In this document: in pieces, positions 1 through 10,290 of the stretch | Layout: the number at the start of each line of letters is the position of its first letter | Position numbering within the stretch: the stretch's first letter is position 1 | NCBI GenBank assembly: GCA_963717935.1 | Contig: CAVQXP010000004.1 | Coordinates: 1,376,001-1,440,000, forward strand | Direction: 5' to 3' | Source: Candidatus Eiseniibacteriota bacterium | Lineage (GTDB): Bacteria > Eisenbacteria > RBG-16-71-46 | Length of the DNA: 64,000 nt | Notes under the pieces: generated by a model | Databases searched by the model: none | Seen by the model: the letters and a program-made list of their open reading frames with translations, nothing else | What the model was told of the DNA's origin: nothing | Position numbers and translations under genes: made by a program

Positions 1-349
1 AACCAACCAAATCGCACTGCCCGTCCCCGGCCAGGGCGCACAGCCGCGTGTACATCTCGGGCTCTATCCAGTCATCCGCATCGACAAAACCAACCCAACG
101 GCCGCGTGCCACGTCCAAGCCCCGGTTGCGTGTAGACGAAACCCCCAGGCGCGAGGGGTTGTTCAGTAGGCGAATGCGCGGATCGTTCGCGGCAATAGCG
201 GTCAAGATAGGCAGGCCGGCATCCCCCTCCCCATCGACCACGAAGATGAATTCGATGTCGGCAAGGGTCTGGCGTAGCAGAGAGTCCACGCATGTCCGCA
301 ACATCTCATCGGGCACTTGATACACTGGAACAACGACGGACACCTTCAT
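1..349 (-). CDS. GT2 glycosyltransferase, 3' end runs off the window
   Basis: My translation of the reverse strand from ATG 349 is MKVSVVVPVYQV...DSLLRQTLADIEFIFVVDG...GVSSTRNRGLDVARGRWVGFVDADDWIEPEMY, with GT2 motifs and a DxD. It is absent from the ORF track because it is open at the edge. Confidence 0.9.
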   Translation of the reverse strand, partial: MKVSVVVPVYQVPDEMLRTCVDSLLRQTLADIEFIFVVDGEGDAGLPILTAIAANDPRIRLLNNPSRLGVSSTRNRGLDVARGRWVGFVDADDWIEPEMYTRLCALAGDGQCDLVG

Positions 350-1089
350 GTCGTGTGCCCACGATCGATGTGCCCGGCCCATCTTCCGGGCGTACGAGCA
401 GGCGGGAAAGACCGAGCGCAGTTCGGCAGCGGGGGCGGGGCGACGCGGATGCGCCGGCGCATGGCTTCGCTAGCAGGGTGCAACAACAGGTCTCCTGCAG
501 CACTGGAGCCCAGCAGGCGCGCGCGAGGGAAATCGTTGACGACAACCGGTGCGCATGGCACCGGTCCGTTCAGCCAGCGAAGAGCCTCGATCATCGAGCG
601 GACCATGTCGGACGAAGCAACTGCCTCTTCTCGCTCCTCTCGGCCTTCCGTGGAGCTTGGAGATGCGTTGACGGGGTGTGGCGGCCCGGTCGATCCACGG
701 CCTCTCTTCTCCTACAAAGAGAGAGGGCCGGCAGGGTGAACCAGGAACTGGGCGATTGTGTCGCGACGTATCTCGGATTGCAAGGGTGCGCGGTGGTGGC
801 GACGGCGCTCGTGCGACATCCCCGGCGCGGATGGGCGGCCGGCGGTGTCGTGCACGCGGCCGCCGGTCGCCGCGGTGCCCGGTGCTCTGGGCTCGTCCAG
901 TTTGATGAAATCACTGCGGCATTTGTGCAGCAGATCGGCGGCAGCACGAGCGCGCGGGAGAGTGCCCCTGAGCCCGCGGTCATGAGGCATTCTGGCCAAT
1001 CCGCTGAACCGGCCTCGCTGAGCGGGCAGCGAGCTGGGTCTTCAGAGGTTGCGAGGGCGTGGGGGCTGTTGAGCGCGGATCGGAAGGGA

Positions 1090-1098
1090 TGCTAGGCT
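1090..1098 (+). promoter_or_regulatory. Extended -10-like element TGCTAGGCT
   Basis: About 70 bp upstream of ATG 1168; the same motif recurs before other operon starts. Confidence 0.45.
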
Positions 1099-1167
1099 CG
1101 GGATCGTTCGTGCCGTTCCCCGTCCTTCCACCACTTCTTCGTAGACGTCAGCGTATGGAGGCGTTGA

Positions 1168-3003
1168 ATGCCGGGCCTGATGATTGTCGTCGGACCTCCG
1201 CCCTCGGGCCTCCTACCGGCCGAAACTGAGTGGCTCACGCCGGAAGCCGCGTGTGCGCGTGAACAGGTGTACGCGGGGCCACGCACCGAAGTCACCTTCG
1301 CCGCCCCACCCCACTACCCACGCCTGTCTTCCTCGAGTCCCGACTTCGAGTTGTTCGTCGAGGGACTGGTCTATGACCGGACCGATGACGAGCTGGTGGT
1401 CTTCGCCACCGAGCTTGCCCGAGTGGCACTCGCCGGCAGGCCGATCGATGAGCCCGTCCGCAGTTTCATGGCTGAAACGGATGGCGAGTACGTGTTCCTG
1501 CTCGTCCTCAAGCCGAGCGGTCGGGTGATTGTCTTCAACGATCCCTGGGGGCGCTTGCCGCTCTACACCGCCCAAACGCCTGCTGTGTTCCTGCTCGGTC
1601 GGGAACCAAAGGACCTGCTCGCTTATCTGCCCGAGATCCGCTTCGACCGCTACGCGATCACCGAATGGCTGGCATTCGAATACACACTGAACCCGCGGTG
1701 GTTCGTGGAAGGTGTCGCTCAGGTGCCACCCGCGACGCTCTTTGACGTCACCGTCGGCGATGGCGCCGTGCGCGCCGCGCGGGAGGTCCTCATCGCCCAG
1801 GACTTCAGCGTGACCACGCCGCTCCGTGACCGCGCCGAGGCGGTCCGCCGCTACGCGGCGCACTACCTCGATGCCTACGCGGCACGCGTTGCCAAGCTCA
1901 CCGAGCAGGGTTTCAGGCTCACCGCCGACCTGAGCGGGGGCTTCGACACGCGCGCCGTCTTCGCCGGCGCGCGCCGGCTCGATGCCCCGGTCGAGTTCTA
2001 CACCGACGAACTGGTCACCGGCGACGAGACCGCCGCCGCCACTCGCCTGGCTGAGGCCGGCGGGGCGAGCGTGGTCCGAGTGCGCGGCGGCGGGTTCACG
2101 CGTGATGCCGCCGAGTGGCGTCGCGCTACGTTCCTGACCGGTGGTCGCGTGAACTGCAACACGATGATGGGAGCAGTGCTGCTCTCGCGGAGGCGCAAGG
2201 AGATCCTCAAGGACCGGGTCGCCCGGTTCATGGGCTTTGGCGGAGAGCTGGTGCGCCGGCCGTACGTGCAGCCCCACGGCTATCGGAGTTTTTCCGAGGC
2301 TCTCGCCGACGACGTGTACACGCGATACATCAAGGTCGCGGACGGCTGCCGACTGCTCGGTCTCGAGGCCCCCGGATTCCGGCAGCGCATGGCCGGCGCG
2401 GTGGAGGGCTGGAACGAGCGCAACGACGCGAACCGCGCCCGACGGCTCTACTTCGTGTTCCACTACGGGTTGGTCAATGCGGGAGAGGACCGCCAGCGCT
2501 GGTACTTCTGGACCGTGACCCCGATGTGGGCCCGCCCTGTGGTGCAATTCGCCTACCGTCGGCTCGAAGCGCAGGCGGTCGGCTACCCATTCTTCGTCGA
2601 GATGCTGCGGAGCATCTACCCGCAGGCGCTCGAACCCCCGCTTCACGGCAACCCCACCAACCTGACTTCCCGGTTCGAGGTCTGGTTTTACGCCGCCAAG
2701 ACGGAATTGCTGGTGCAGTTGCGCAATCTCCGTGTCTATCGCCGTCTGCGCCGTGCCCTCTCACCCCGCGAGCGCTGGGCCATGCTGGCGACCAAGGAGG
2801 AGTTCGCCTGGTTCCGCGAGCAATTCGAGGCGACGTTCCGCGAGAGCAAAGCGGTGCGCGCCACGTTTGACGAGGCCGCGGTCATGGCGTTCGTGCAGCC
2901 CACCCAGGCGACCCAGCGTCTCAACCAGTTGCTGACGTCCGTCTACTTCGTGGCTGAGGTCGGCAAACGATTCTCCACGGTGCGGCTGGACCGCCAGCCT
3001 TGA
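1168..3003 (+). CDS. Asparagine synthase (AsnB)-like protein without the N-terminal catalytic Cys
   Basis: NDPWGRLPLY (GATase-like), LSGGFDTR (PP-loop) and GFGGE motifs; starts MPG rather than MCG. Confidence 0.8.
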   Translation: MPGLMIVVGPPPSGLLPAETEWLTPEAACAREQVYAGPRTEVTFAAPPHYPRLSSSSPDFELFVEGLVYDRTDDELVVFATELARVALAGRPIDEPVRSFMAETDGEYVFLLVLKPSGRVIVFNDPWGRLPLYTAQTPAVFLLGREPKDLLAYLPEIRFDRYAITEWLAFEYTLNPRWFVEGVAQVPPATLFDVTVGDGAVRAAREVLIAQDFSVTTPLRDRAEAVRRYAAHYLDAYAARVAKLTEQGFRLTADLSGGFDTRAVFAGARRLDAPVEFYTDELVTGDETAAATRLAEAGGASVVRVRGGGFTRDAAEWRRATFLTGGRVNCNTMMGAVLLSRRRKEILKDRVARFMGFGGELVRRPYVQPHGYRSFSEALADDVYTRYIKVADGCRLLGLEAPGFRQRMAGAVEGWNERNDANRARRLYFVFHYGLVNAGEDRQRWYFWTVTPMWARPVVQFAYRRLEAQAVGYPFFVEMLRSIYPQALEPPLHGNPTNLTSRFEVWFYAAKTELLVQLRNLRVYRRLRRALSPRERWAMLATKEEFAWFREQFEATFRESKAVRATFDEAAVMAFVQPTQATQRLNQLLTSVYFVAEVGKRFSTVRLDRQP

Positions 3004-3305
3004 TCGCCCGGTGCGCCGTGAAGAAGCGCATGTCCCCAGCGGGTGTGAGTCCTGCCCGGCGGTTGTTGCTCCAGTCGGTGGCAAATCGGAGCGTCACGAG
3101 AGGCCATGAACTCGGCGAAGCCTCTGATGCAGGGGGGCACTGCAGGGTGAGCCGGCGAGCAGGCAGGCCGTGACGCGAGAGATTGCCGCGCAGGCCTCGA
3201 AAGGGATGCCGCGGAAGCCGACTCCGCTGCGTCTGGCGGAGCGCGGCCGAGGCAAAATCCGGGAGCTCCTCGCTCCAGCCTGGCTCTCCCGGACCTGAAT
3301 CTCCA

Positions 3306-4547
3306 TCAGGCTCCGGGCGCGGACGGCTCCGGTCTCGGCGCCCGGAGGGAGAACTCCGCGTAGACCCGCTCCAGTCTCTCGGCGATGATGGCCCAGGAGT
3401 ACTGGCGTGCCCGTTCGCGCAGGGCGGCCGGGTCCCAGGTGCGGCTGAGGGCGGCGTCGAGCGCGATGGCGAGTGCCGCTGCGTCCCCGGCCGGGACCAG
3501 CAGCCCATGCCGGTCCCGCTCCACGATCTCCCGAGTGCCTCCAACGGCGGAACTCACCAAGGGACGGCCCGCGGCCAGCGCTTCAAGGGCGGCAAGCGGC
3601 ATGCCCTCGTTCATGCTGGGCAGTGCCACGACGTCGGCGGCGGCGAGGAGATCGGGAACTCGGCCGAAAGGCACCGGACCGAAAAGACGTACGTGTTCGC
3701 CGAGGCCGCACAACCGGACTTGTGCTTCGAGCTCCGACCGGAGCGGGCCATCACCGACGATTGCCAGCGTTACGTCCCGGCGCCTTTCGCGCACCGCGCG
3801 GAAGGCATCGATCAGCACCCGGTGCCCCTTCACGGCCACGAGGTTGCCGACGCTTACAATCAGGTGGCCGGCGGCCGGCAGGCCCAGCGCGCGCCGGCCC
3901 GCGTCCCGATCGCCCGACTGGAAGGACTCCACGTTCACCCCGTTCGGGACATAGCGCAGGCACCGCTCTTCTACGCCGAGGTTCCTCGCGATGTCCAGGA
4001 GCTCACGCGAGACCACGACCACGCAGTCAGCCCGTCGGAGCGCCCAGCGGCTCCAGTGCCGGGTCCTCCACGGTCCCCGGATGGCTTCCGTGTGGAGATC
4101 CGAGCCGTGTGCCGTAATCACCGCGGGCAGGCCGCTGGCACGGGCCACGAGGACTGCGGCAAGCCCCATCGGGTACAGGCGATGTCCATGCACGACACAG
4201 GCATCGCGCGCATGCCGCAGTCGGACCCACAGGCCGATCAGGAACAACTGGAGCGGCTCCGTGAACACAAATAGCAGCGGAACGTGGATGTATCGTGGCC
4301 GCAGGACACGCAGCCCCGCGGTCGTCTGGTCGTCTTGCCGGCCAGCGGCGTTCTGCGCGGCCATGCGCCGCTCGCTGGCGTAGCGGGGCAGAGGCGGCAG
4401 CAGAATCTCGGGGGAAACCACGGTCACGCGCCAGCGTTGTGCGAGGACGTGCACTTGCTGGGATACCGAGAGGCGCACCCCCCCATTCAGTCGATGGGGC
4501 GGAAGGAAACCCTGGGTGAAGAGCAGCACATGTGGGGTGCGGTCCAT
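3306..4547 (-). CDS. GT4 glycosyltransferase (TuaC-like)
   Basis: TAHGSDL, VPNGV, VGNLVAVKGH, PSMNEGMPLAALEALAAG. Start placed at MDRTPHVLLF. Confidence 0.9.
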   Translation of the reverse strand: MDRTPHVLLFTQGFLPPHRLNGGVRLSVSQQVHVLAQRWRVTVVSPEILLPPLPRYASERRMAAQNAAGRQDDQTTAGLRVLRPRYIHVPLLFVFTEPLQLFLIGLWVRLRHARDACVVHGHRLYPMGLAAVLVARASGLPAVITAHGSDLHTEAIRGPWRTRHWSRWALRRADCVVVVSRELLDIARNLGVEERCLRYVPNGVNVESFQSGDRDAGRRALGLPAAGHLIVSVGNLVAVKGHRVLIDAFRAVRERRRDVTLAIVGDGPLRSELEAQVRLCGLGEHVRLFGPVPFGRVPDLLAAADVVALPSMNEGMPLAALEALAAGRPLVSSAVGGTREIVERDRHGLLVPAGDAAALAIALDAALSRTWDPAALRERARQYSWAIIAERLERVYAEFSLRAPRPEPSAPGA

Positions 4548-4760
4548 GGAGGCACGTTCCCTGTGGAAGCAGTGCCGCTTGCGGCACCAAGGCACCCACA
4601 TAGCCCTAGCCCGCCAGCGCATCCCTGTCAAGGTCACGAGCCCGAAGGTTCTCGCGACCGGTCATTTTTCACGACTGGAACAGGGGCCGGCTGGCGCGCG
4701 GGAGGCCCGCAGGCCCCACCCTTTGCGGCGAGCGTGATCGGCGACCGGAGGGACCTCCTG

Positions 4761-4769
4761 TGCTAGGAT
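4761..4769 (+). promoter_or_regulatory. Extended -10-like element TGCTAGGAT
   Basis: Intergenic, about 105 bp upstream of the flippase start. Confidence 0.45.
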
Positions 4770-4875
4770 TGCGCACGCGAATTCATCGCGTCCCTTGGGG
4801 GTTTGAGCGCCCGCTTTCCCCCGTCACCCGAGGGGGGTCTTATCGCCCATCCTCAATCGTGAGCACCCATCTCCA

Positions 4876-6426
4876 ATGAGTCCGCTTTCCGACCCCGAGG
4901 TTCCCCCCGCGACGCCGCTCCCGTCTGGAGTTGGCAAGGGCCACGCACCGCAGATTCTCCACAACACGGGCGTGCTGGCCATCTCGGGGCTCTTCGTGCG
5001 CGGCATGGGGATGGTGATGATGGTGATCCTCGCTCGCAGCTTGGGGGCGGAGGGCTACGGCACCTACCAGCGCGCGGAAGCATTCGTCTACATGTTCAGC
5101 ATCCTGGGGAGTCTCGGGCTGGACATGATCCTCACCCGCGAGGTTGCCCGCCGCGGTGCTCGAGCCCCCGAATACCTGACGGGGGTCCTGATCCTCAAGC
5201 TGCTGCTGGCTCCCCTGTGCTTCGCGCTCATCCTCGGCTTCGCGTATGCACGCGGCTACCACGGGGAGTTCCTCTGGGGTATCTGGTGCTACAGCTTCGT
5301 CTTGTTCCTGACCACGACCGCACAAACCTGCGACGCGTACTTCCAGGGGCTCGACGAGATGGGCTACATCGCGATCACGAACATCGCCAATCAGCTGGCT
5401 TTCGTGGCCCTGGGAGGTGCCTGCGTCTGGCTCGGCAAGGACCTGCGCTGGATCCTCTCGGCGCTCGTCGTGGCGGCGGCGGTTCGGCTGATCGTCTCCA
5501 CCTACATCATAACGCGCCTGCGGCTCCTGTTCGCGAAGCCCCGGCTGGGCACCCTCCTCTATCTGCTCAGGCAGTCCATCCCCATCGCGTTCGCGGCCAG
5601 CTTCGTCATCGTGTACCAGCAACTGGACGCCGTGCTGCTGGGCGAGCTCAAGGGCAATACCCAGGTCGGCTGGTACAAGGCCGGCGTCAAGTTCCTCCTC
5701 TTCTTCACGGTTCTGCGCGAGAGCTTCCTGGTCGCGGTCTATCCCGTATTCGCCTCGGTCGCGCAACGCGGCCGCGAGCACATGGGCACCCTGGTGACCC
5801 GCGCGGTGCGCTACCAACTGATCATAGCGCTGTACTTCATCATCTGCTTCGTCGTCCTTCCGCGGGTGGCCCCCACGCTGCTTGGGGACGCGTTCGCGAA
5901 CACCGCTGCGATTCTCCCCATCATGGCGTTGATGCTCGTGCCGCAGACCATCAGCATCACCATGGGACGCGTGCTCGTCGCCTCTGGCAACCAGAAGCGC
6001 ATCATGGCTGCGACCGGACTCGCGCTGGTCGTGAACGTGGCGCTCAACCTGTCCCTCATCCCGCGATTCGGCTACATGGGGGCGGCCGCCGCCGCTGCGA
6101 CCAGCGAACTGGCGGTGGCCAGCATGAACGTATACTATGTGCAACGCTACGTGGCCCGCACCCAGATCCTCCGGGCGATCCTGCGGCCGGTCGTCGCGGC
6201 CGCGATGACCGGCGGCGTGCTTTACCTGTTGCCCGGCCTGCATCTCTACCAGGCGCTGCCGCTGGCGGGGATCTTCTACGTTGCCGGTCTCTTTGCCCTG
6301 CGCACCTTCTCTACCGAGGAGTTGAGCCAGTTCCGGACCGCTCTCCAGTCGGCGTGGGCGCGGTTGTGGAAGAACGGCGGGGGTACGGGTGGTGGCATCG
6401 ACCCCGGTATGTCCGCGGGGGTCTAA
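4876..6426 (+). CDS. wzx: Wzx-type polysaccharide flippase
   Basis: Many hydrophobic segments; LARSLGAEGYG, D..LLG...VGWY and NLSLIPRFGYMGAA motifs. Confidence 0.9.
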   Translation: MSPLSDPEVPPATPLPSGVGKGHAPQILHNTGVLAISGLFVRGMGMVMMVILARSLGAEGYGTYQRAEAFVYMFSILGSLGLDMILTREVARRGARAPEYLTGVLILKLLLAPLCFALILGFAYARGYHGEFLWGIWCYSFVLFLTTTAQTCDAYFQGLDEMGYIAITNIANQLAFVALGGACVWLGKDLRWILSALVVAAAVRLIVSTYIITRLRLLFAKPRLGTLLYLLRQSIPIAFAASFVIVYQQLDAVLLGELKGNTQVGWYKAGVKFLLFFTVLRESFLVAVYPVFASVAQRGREHMGTLVTRAVRYQLIIALYFIICFVVLPRVAPTLLGDAFANTAAILPIMALMLVPQTISITMGRVLVASGNQKRIMAATGLALVVNVALNLSLIPRFGYMGAAAAAATSELAVASMNVYYVQRYVARTQILRAILRPVVAAAMTGGVLYLLPGLHLYQALPLAGIFYVAGLFALRTFSTEELSQFRTALQSAWARLWKNGGGTGGGIDPGMSAGV

Positions 6427-6524
6427 GGGGATGACGCTCGCCATCCGGCAAGCGGATTGGCACGGGCCCCCGCCCGAGCCGCTGCGTGCGGACTCACGGG
6501 CAGGCCGAGGAGACCTGGACGTCC

Positions 6525-8078
6525 ATGAACCCGCTTCCCGCTGATTCCGTCCCCGTCCGCCTCCCGCACTACCGGCTGCGGGACGGCGGGTTGTACTTCC
6601 TCATCTCCCAGCGGCCCGTGGCCGTGCTCAACGCCCACGAGCAGGAGGTGTGGGAGTCGTTGGATGGCTCGGTCCGCGTACGGGACTTGGCCGCCCGTTT
6701 TCCCGCCGGGGCTGGCGAGGCCGCGCTCCGCCGGTTCGTGGAGCTCGGAGTCTGTCTGCCGATCGCGACGAGCTTCCCCGAGGGACGTCGGCGGGTCGTA
6801 GTCATCGAGCCCCACATGGACGACGGCACGCTGAGCCTGGGCGGGACGATGTGGAGCCGTCGCGCGCAGTGCGAGTTCACCATCGTCACGGTCGCGGGCC
6901 GCTGTAACTTCACGAGCTACTACTACCTCGAGCGCGACTACTTCGACGTGGACGAGGTGTCGGCGCTGCGCCGGGCCGAGAGCGCACTGGTGGCACGCGC
7001 CATCGGTGGGCGCCACGTGGTGCTCGACCTGCCCGAGGCGCCGCTGCGCTACCGGGCCGGGAACTGGGCCCTGGACTGGTACCGCCGGCACCGCGCCTCG
7101 ATCTCGGCCTTCATCAGCCACACCTCGGGGCCCGAGGAGCTGCGCGCGTGGACCGAGGCGATCCGGCAGGCGCTGCGCGAGCTGCCGGCCGACGAGGTGT
7201 GGATGCCCATCGGCGTGGGCCCGCACACCGATCACGAGCTCACCCGGAACGCCTCCCTGACCCTCCTGGCGGAGGATCCGGAGTTGTTTTCGCGGTGCGC
7301 GGTCCGCCTCTACCAGGAGGTGCCCTACGCCGCGCGGTTCCCGCGCTTCACGGCTGCGATCGTGGAGGAGTTGACGCGCTCCGGCGCGAAGCTCGAGATC
7401 GAGAGGGTCCCCGTCACGGAGGCGTTCCCCGACAAGCTGCGGCTCATCTCGTACTTCGGCTCCCAGTTCAAGCTCCAGGTCCTGCGACCGGACATCGAGG
7501 CCTCGGCCCGAGCTGCCGCCGGCGACGGCGGCGGGATGGCGGAGATTCTCTACCGCGTCGTGGCCCCGCCGAAACGCCTGGATTTCTTGGCGCTCTCCGT
7601 GGGCGCGCCGGAGGTGCGGCAGCTGGCGCAGGAACTCGGGCCCTGGATCGAGCGGCACCGGCGTGCCCGTCGGATTCGCGTGTTCATCCGCCCGCCTGCG
7701 GGCCGCTGGGTGGAGGACATGCAGTTGTTGCTGGACGCCTTCCCTGCGGCCCGCTTCGCTGTCCGAGCCTCCAGGGCAGCGCTGGCGGAGGCGACGGAGG
7801 TCCGCTCCCCGCGCATCGAGGTCAGTCCCATCGGCCAGGGCGCCGCCGCGTGGGTGCTGGGCGTGTCTGGCGCCAACCTGCGGGGGCCCGCGCCCACCCT
7901 CATGATCGCGTTCGCAGACCGCATGCGTGAGGGCCGCCGCCTGAGCATGCTGCTTCCACTGAGTGACACGCTGGTCGTGCCCAGCATGAACCACCTCGCG
8001 CTCGCGCTGCGCCTCCTGGCGGACGTCGACGACCCCCGGCGAGCGTCGGAAGATCCGAAGGGATCCGCCGGGCCCTGA
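6525..8078 (+). CDS. PIG-L/LmbE-family deacetylase with an N-terminal PqqD/RRE-like winged helix and an unknown C-terminal domain
   Basis: Metal motifs EPHMDD and HTDH, plus YQEVPY and YFGSQ. N-terminus LNAHEQEVWESLDGSVRVRDLAARF...LRRFVELGV. GAGGAG precedes ATG 6525. Confidence 0.75.
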   Translation: MNPLPADSVPVRLPHYRLRDGGLYFLISQRPVAVLNAHEQEVWESLDGSVRVRDLAARFPAGAGEAALRRFVELGVCLPIATSFPEGRRRVVVIEPHMDDGTLSLGGTMWSRRAQCEFTIVTVAGRCNFTSYYYLERDYFDVDEVSALRRAESALVARAIGGRHVVLDLPEAPLRYRAGNWALDWYRRHRASISAFISHTSGPEELRAWTEAIRQALRELPADEVWMPIGVGPHTDHELTRNASLTLLAEDPELFSRCAVRLYQEVPYAARFPRFTAAIVEELTRSGAKLEIERVPVTEAFPDKLRLISYFGSQFKLQVLRPDIEASARAAAGDGGGMAEILYRVVAPPKRLDFLALSVGAPEVRQLAQELGPWIERHRRARRIRVFIRPPAGRWVEDMQLLLDAFPAARFAVRASRAALAEATEVRSPRIEVSPIGQGAAAWVLGVSGANLRGPAPTLMIAFADRMREGRRLSMLLPLSDTLVVPSMNHLALALRLLADVDDPRRASEDPKGSAGP

Positions 8079-8518
8079 GGAGGTGCGCCGTCGAGGCGTG
8101 CCGCCGCAGCGCAGCGCGTGTTCTTCGAGTCGTTGCCCGGGCTGCGGATGCGGCAGTCGATGGTCCGCCATGCTAGAATCACTCGATGCCCAGGCAGAAC
8201 CGGCGCCCGCCCTCGCGGCCATCCCGATGGTGGAGGACGGGTGACCAGGAGCGATGCGAGGCCCCTCGGGTTGGCTCCCGCGGCCGTTCCGGTTCCCATG
8301 TGGCTGGTTCCACGCCATCGAGATTTGCCACGACGATGCGGCCTTCGGCCCCGGCGATGTCGGAGTAGCGGGTCGGTTGGGCGGCGAATCTCGCAGACCG
8401 GGGCCTTGCGTGCTAGTCTCGGCTAGAAATGGGCTGCTTGCGCTCCGAATCAGGATTCGAGGCGCGGGTGGTTTTGTGTGGCCGGATTTCGAGTCTCTTT
8501 CAAGACAGGCGTGGACAC

Positions 8519-9303
8519 GTGGACAACTTCTCGATGGCGCTCGTCGGGCCCTATCCGCCTCCCCGTGGCGGGTATTGGTCCACCTCACGCGTTTCCAGCG
8601 GCGACTCGCCGCTCTGGCCATCCCGTCGTGGGCCTGCTACCAGCCTTTGCCCACATCGGGCCCCGAGGAGCACGTTATCCCGGCTGCCCGCAGGTTCTCC
8701 CGGCATTGCTGGATTCCTGAGCATGCGCGGCGACGCAGCACGAGCACCGTGCACCTTGGCTCGTACTGGGCGCCGGCCGCGCGTGCGATGCTTTTGCACC
8801 GCAAGAAGGTCGTCATGACCTTCCACGATCAACAAAGGGGGGGCAGGATGTGGCAGGCCACCTCATGGCTGGAACGATGGGTGAGCCGGTGGCCCTTCCG
8901 ACACCTGCGGGTCTGGTGGGTTGTCGCGAGCCGGGAGGTGAGGTGGCAGTTGATCGAGAGGGGGGTGCCTCCGGCAAGGATCTCGATGGCCCCTGCCTGC
9001 ATCTCGCCCCGGGCTGGCGCACACGCATCGAGCCTGCCCGCCTACGTCGGGGACTTCCTCCAGAGGTATTCTCCTGTGCTGTCAGGCTACGCTTGGAGGC
9101 TGACCCGCGATGCGCGGGGCGTCGGCGTCTATGGGTTCGACCATTACATCGAGATGATTCGGTCGCTCAAGGCCGACCTCCCGAAGATCGGTCTGGGGCT
9201 CTCGCTGCCGCGGGTCTCCGACATCGACTACTTCCGCGCCCTGAAGGCGCGTGTCGACGACAACTTCCCACCACTCCTGGATCTCTACCGTGCGATCGCA
9301 TAG
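8519..9303 (+). pseudogene. Degraded GT4 glycosyltransferase
   Basis: MALVGPYPPPRGG shifts frame near 8572 into VLVHLTRF...MTFHDQ...VYGFD and ends PLLDLYRAIA. Most of the C-terminal donor-binding domain is missing. Confidence 0.7.
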
Positions 9304-9342
9304 TCGAGGGGCCGTCCGCATCATCCACCACGGGGACAGTTC

Positions 9343-10290
9343 ATGAAAGCACTTGTCACCGGCGGGGCCGGTTTCATCGGCTCCAATGTCGTGAGCGCCC
9401 TGATGGAGCTCGGCCACGAGCCGGTCGTGCTGGACGACCTGTCCAGCGGCTACCGGGAGAATCTCGTCGCCGGTGTTCCATTCGTGGAGGGGGATGTCCG
9501 CCATCTGGAGACCGTCGCGCGGGCGATGGCGGGGTGCCAGGTGGTCTTCCACCTGGCGGCCAGCGTCGGCAACGTGCGCTCCATCGAGCATCCGCAGACC
9601 GATTCGGCCATCAACGTCCTGGGCACCCTCAACGTGCTGGCGACCGCCAGGGCCTGCCGGATCGATCGGGTGGTGTTCTCGTCGTCGGCGGGCATCTTCG
9701 GGGAATTGAAGACGCTGCCGATCTCCGAAGACCACCCCCAGGATCCCGATTCCCCGTACGGCACCAGCAAGCTGGCCGCCGAGAAGATGTGCCTCGTCTA
9801 CAACAAGCTGTACGGGATGCACAACGTCTGCCTGAGGTACTTCAACGTCTATGGCCCCCATCAGCGCTACGACGCCTACGGGAACGTGATTCCGATCTTC
9901 GCCGACCGGATCCTGAAGAAGGAATCCCTGACGATCTTCGGGGATGGCGAGCAGACCCGCGATTTCGTCAACGTGCGCGATGTCGCGGCCGCCAACGTCC
10001 AGGCGGGATTGACGCAGGGTGTGCGTGGCGCCTTCAACATCGGCAGCGGTACCCGCATCACGATCAACGAGCTGGCGCGGGCCATGCAGGAGATCGCGGC
10101 CGTCCAGAACGAGCTTCAGTACGCCGCGCCCCGGATGGGTGACGTGCGCGACAGCCTGGCGGACATCCAGGCGGCCCGGTCGGCCTTCGGCTTCGACCCG
10201 CGGACCCCGATCGTCCGGGGCCTGGCGGAGTACTGGGACTGGTTCAGCGGCGATGGACTGACGTTGAAGCGCCTGGGGATCGCGACATGA
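9343..10290 (+). CDS. NAD-dependent nucleotide-sugar epimerase/dehydratase (GalE/WbpP-like)
   Basis: TGGAGFIGS, YGTSK, LRYFNVYGP, GDGEQTRDF. Confidence 0.92.
   Translation: MKALVTGGAGFIGSNVVSALMELGHEPVVLDDLSSGYRENLVAGVPFVEGDVRHLETVARAMAGCQVVFHLAASVGNVRSIEHPQTDSAINVLGTLNVLATARACRIDRVVFSSSAGIFGELKTLPISEDHPQDPDSPYGTSKLAAEKMCLVYNKLYGMHNVCLRYFNVYGPHQRYDAYGNVIPIFADRILKKESLTIFGDGEQTRDFVNVRDVAAANVQAGLTQGVRGAFNIGSGTRITINELARAMQEIAAVQNELQYAAPRMGDVRDSLADIQAARSAFGFDPRTPIVRGLAEYWDWFSGDGLTLKRLGIAT

Noticed and set aside
292..1095. 267-aa ORF and overlapping ORFs
   Set aside because: No family motifs, composition typical of spurious frames, and it overlaps the opposite-strand GT2 start.
1168..8078. Lasso peptide cluster (AsnB-like cyclase plus RRE)
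   Set aside because: I found no B2 leader peptidase and no precursor with a leader motif or penultimate Thr, and the context is a Wzx-type glycan locus.
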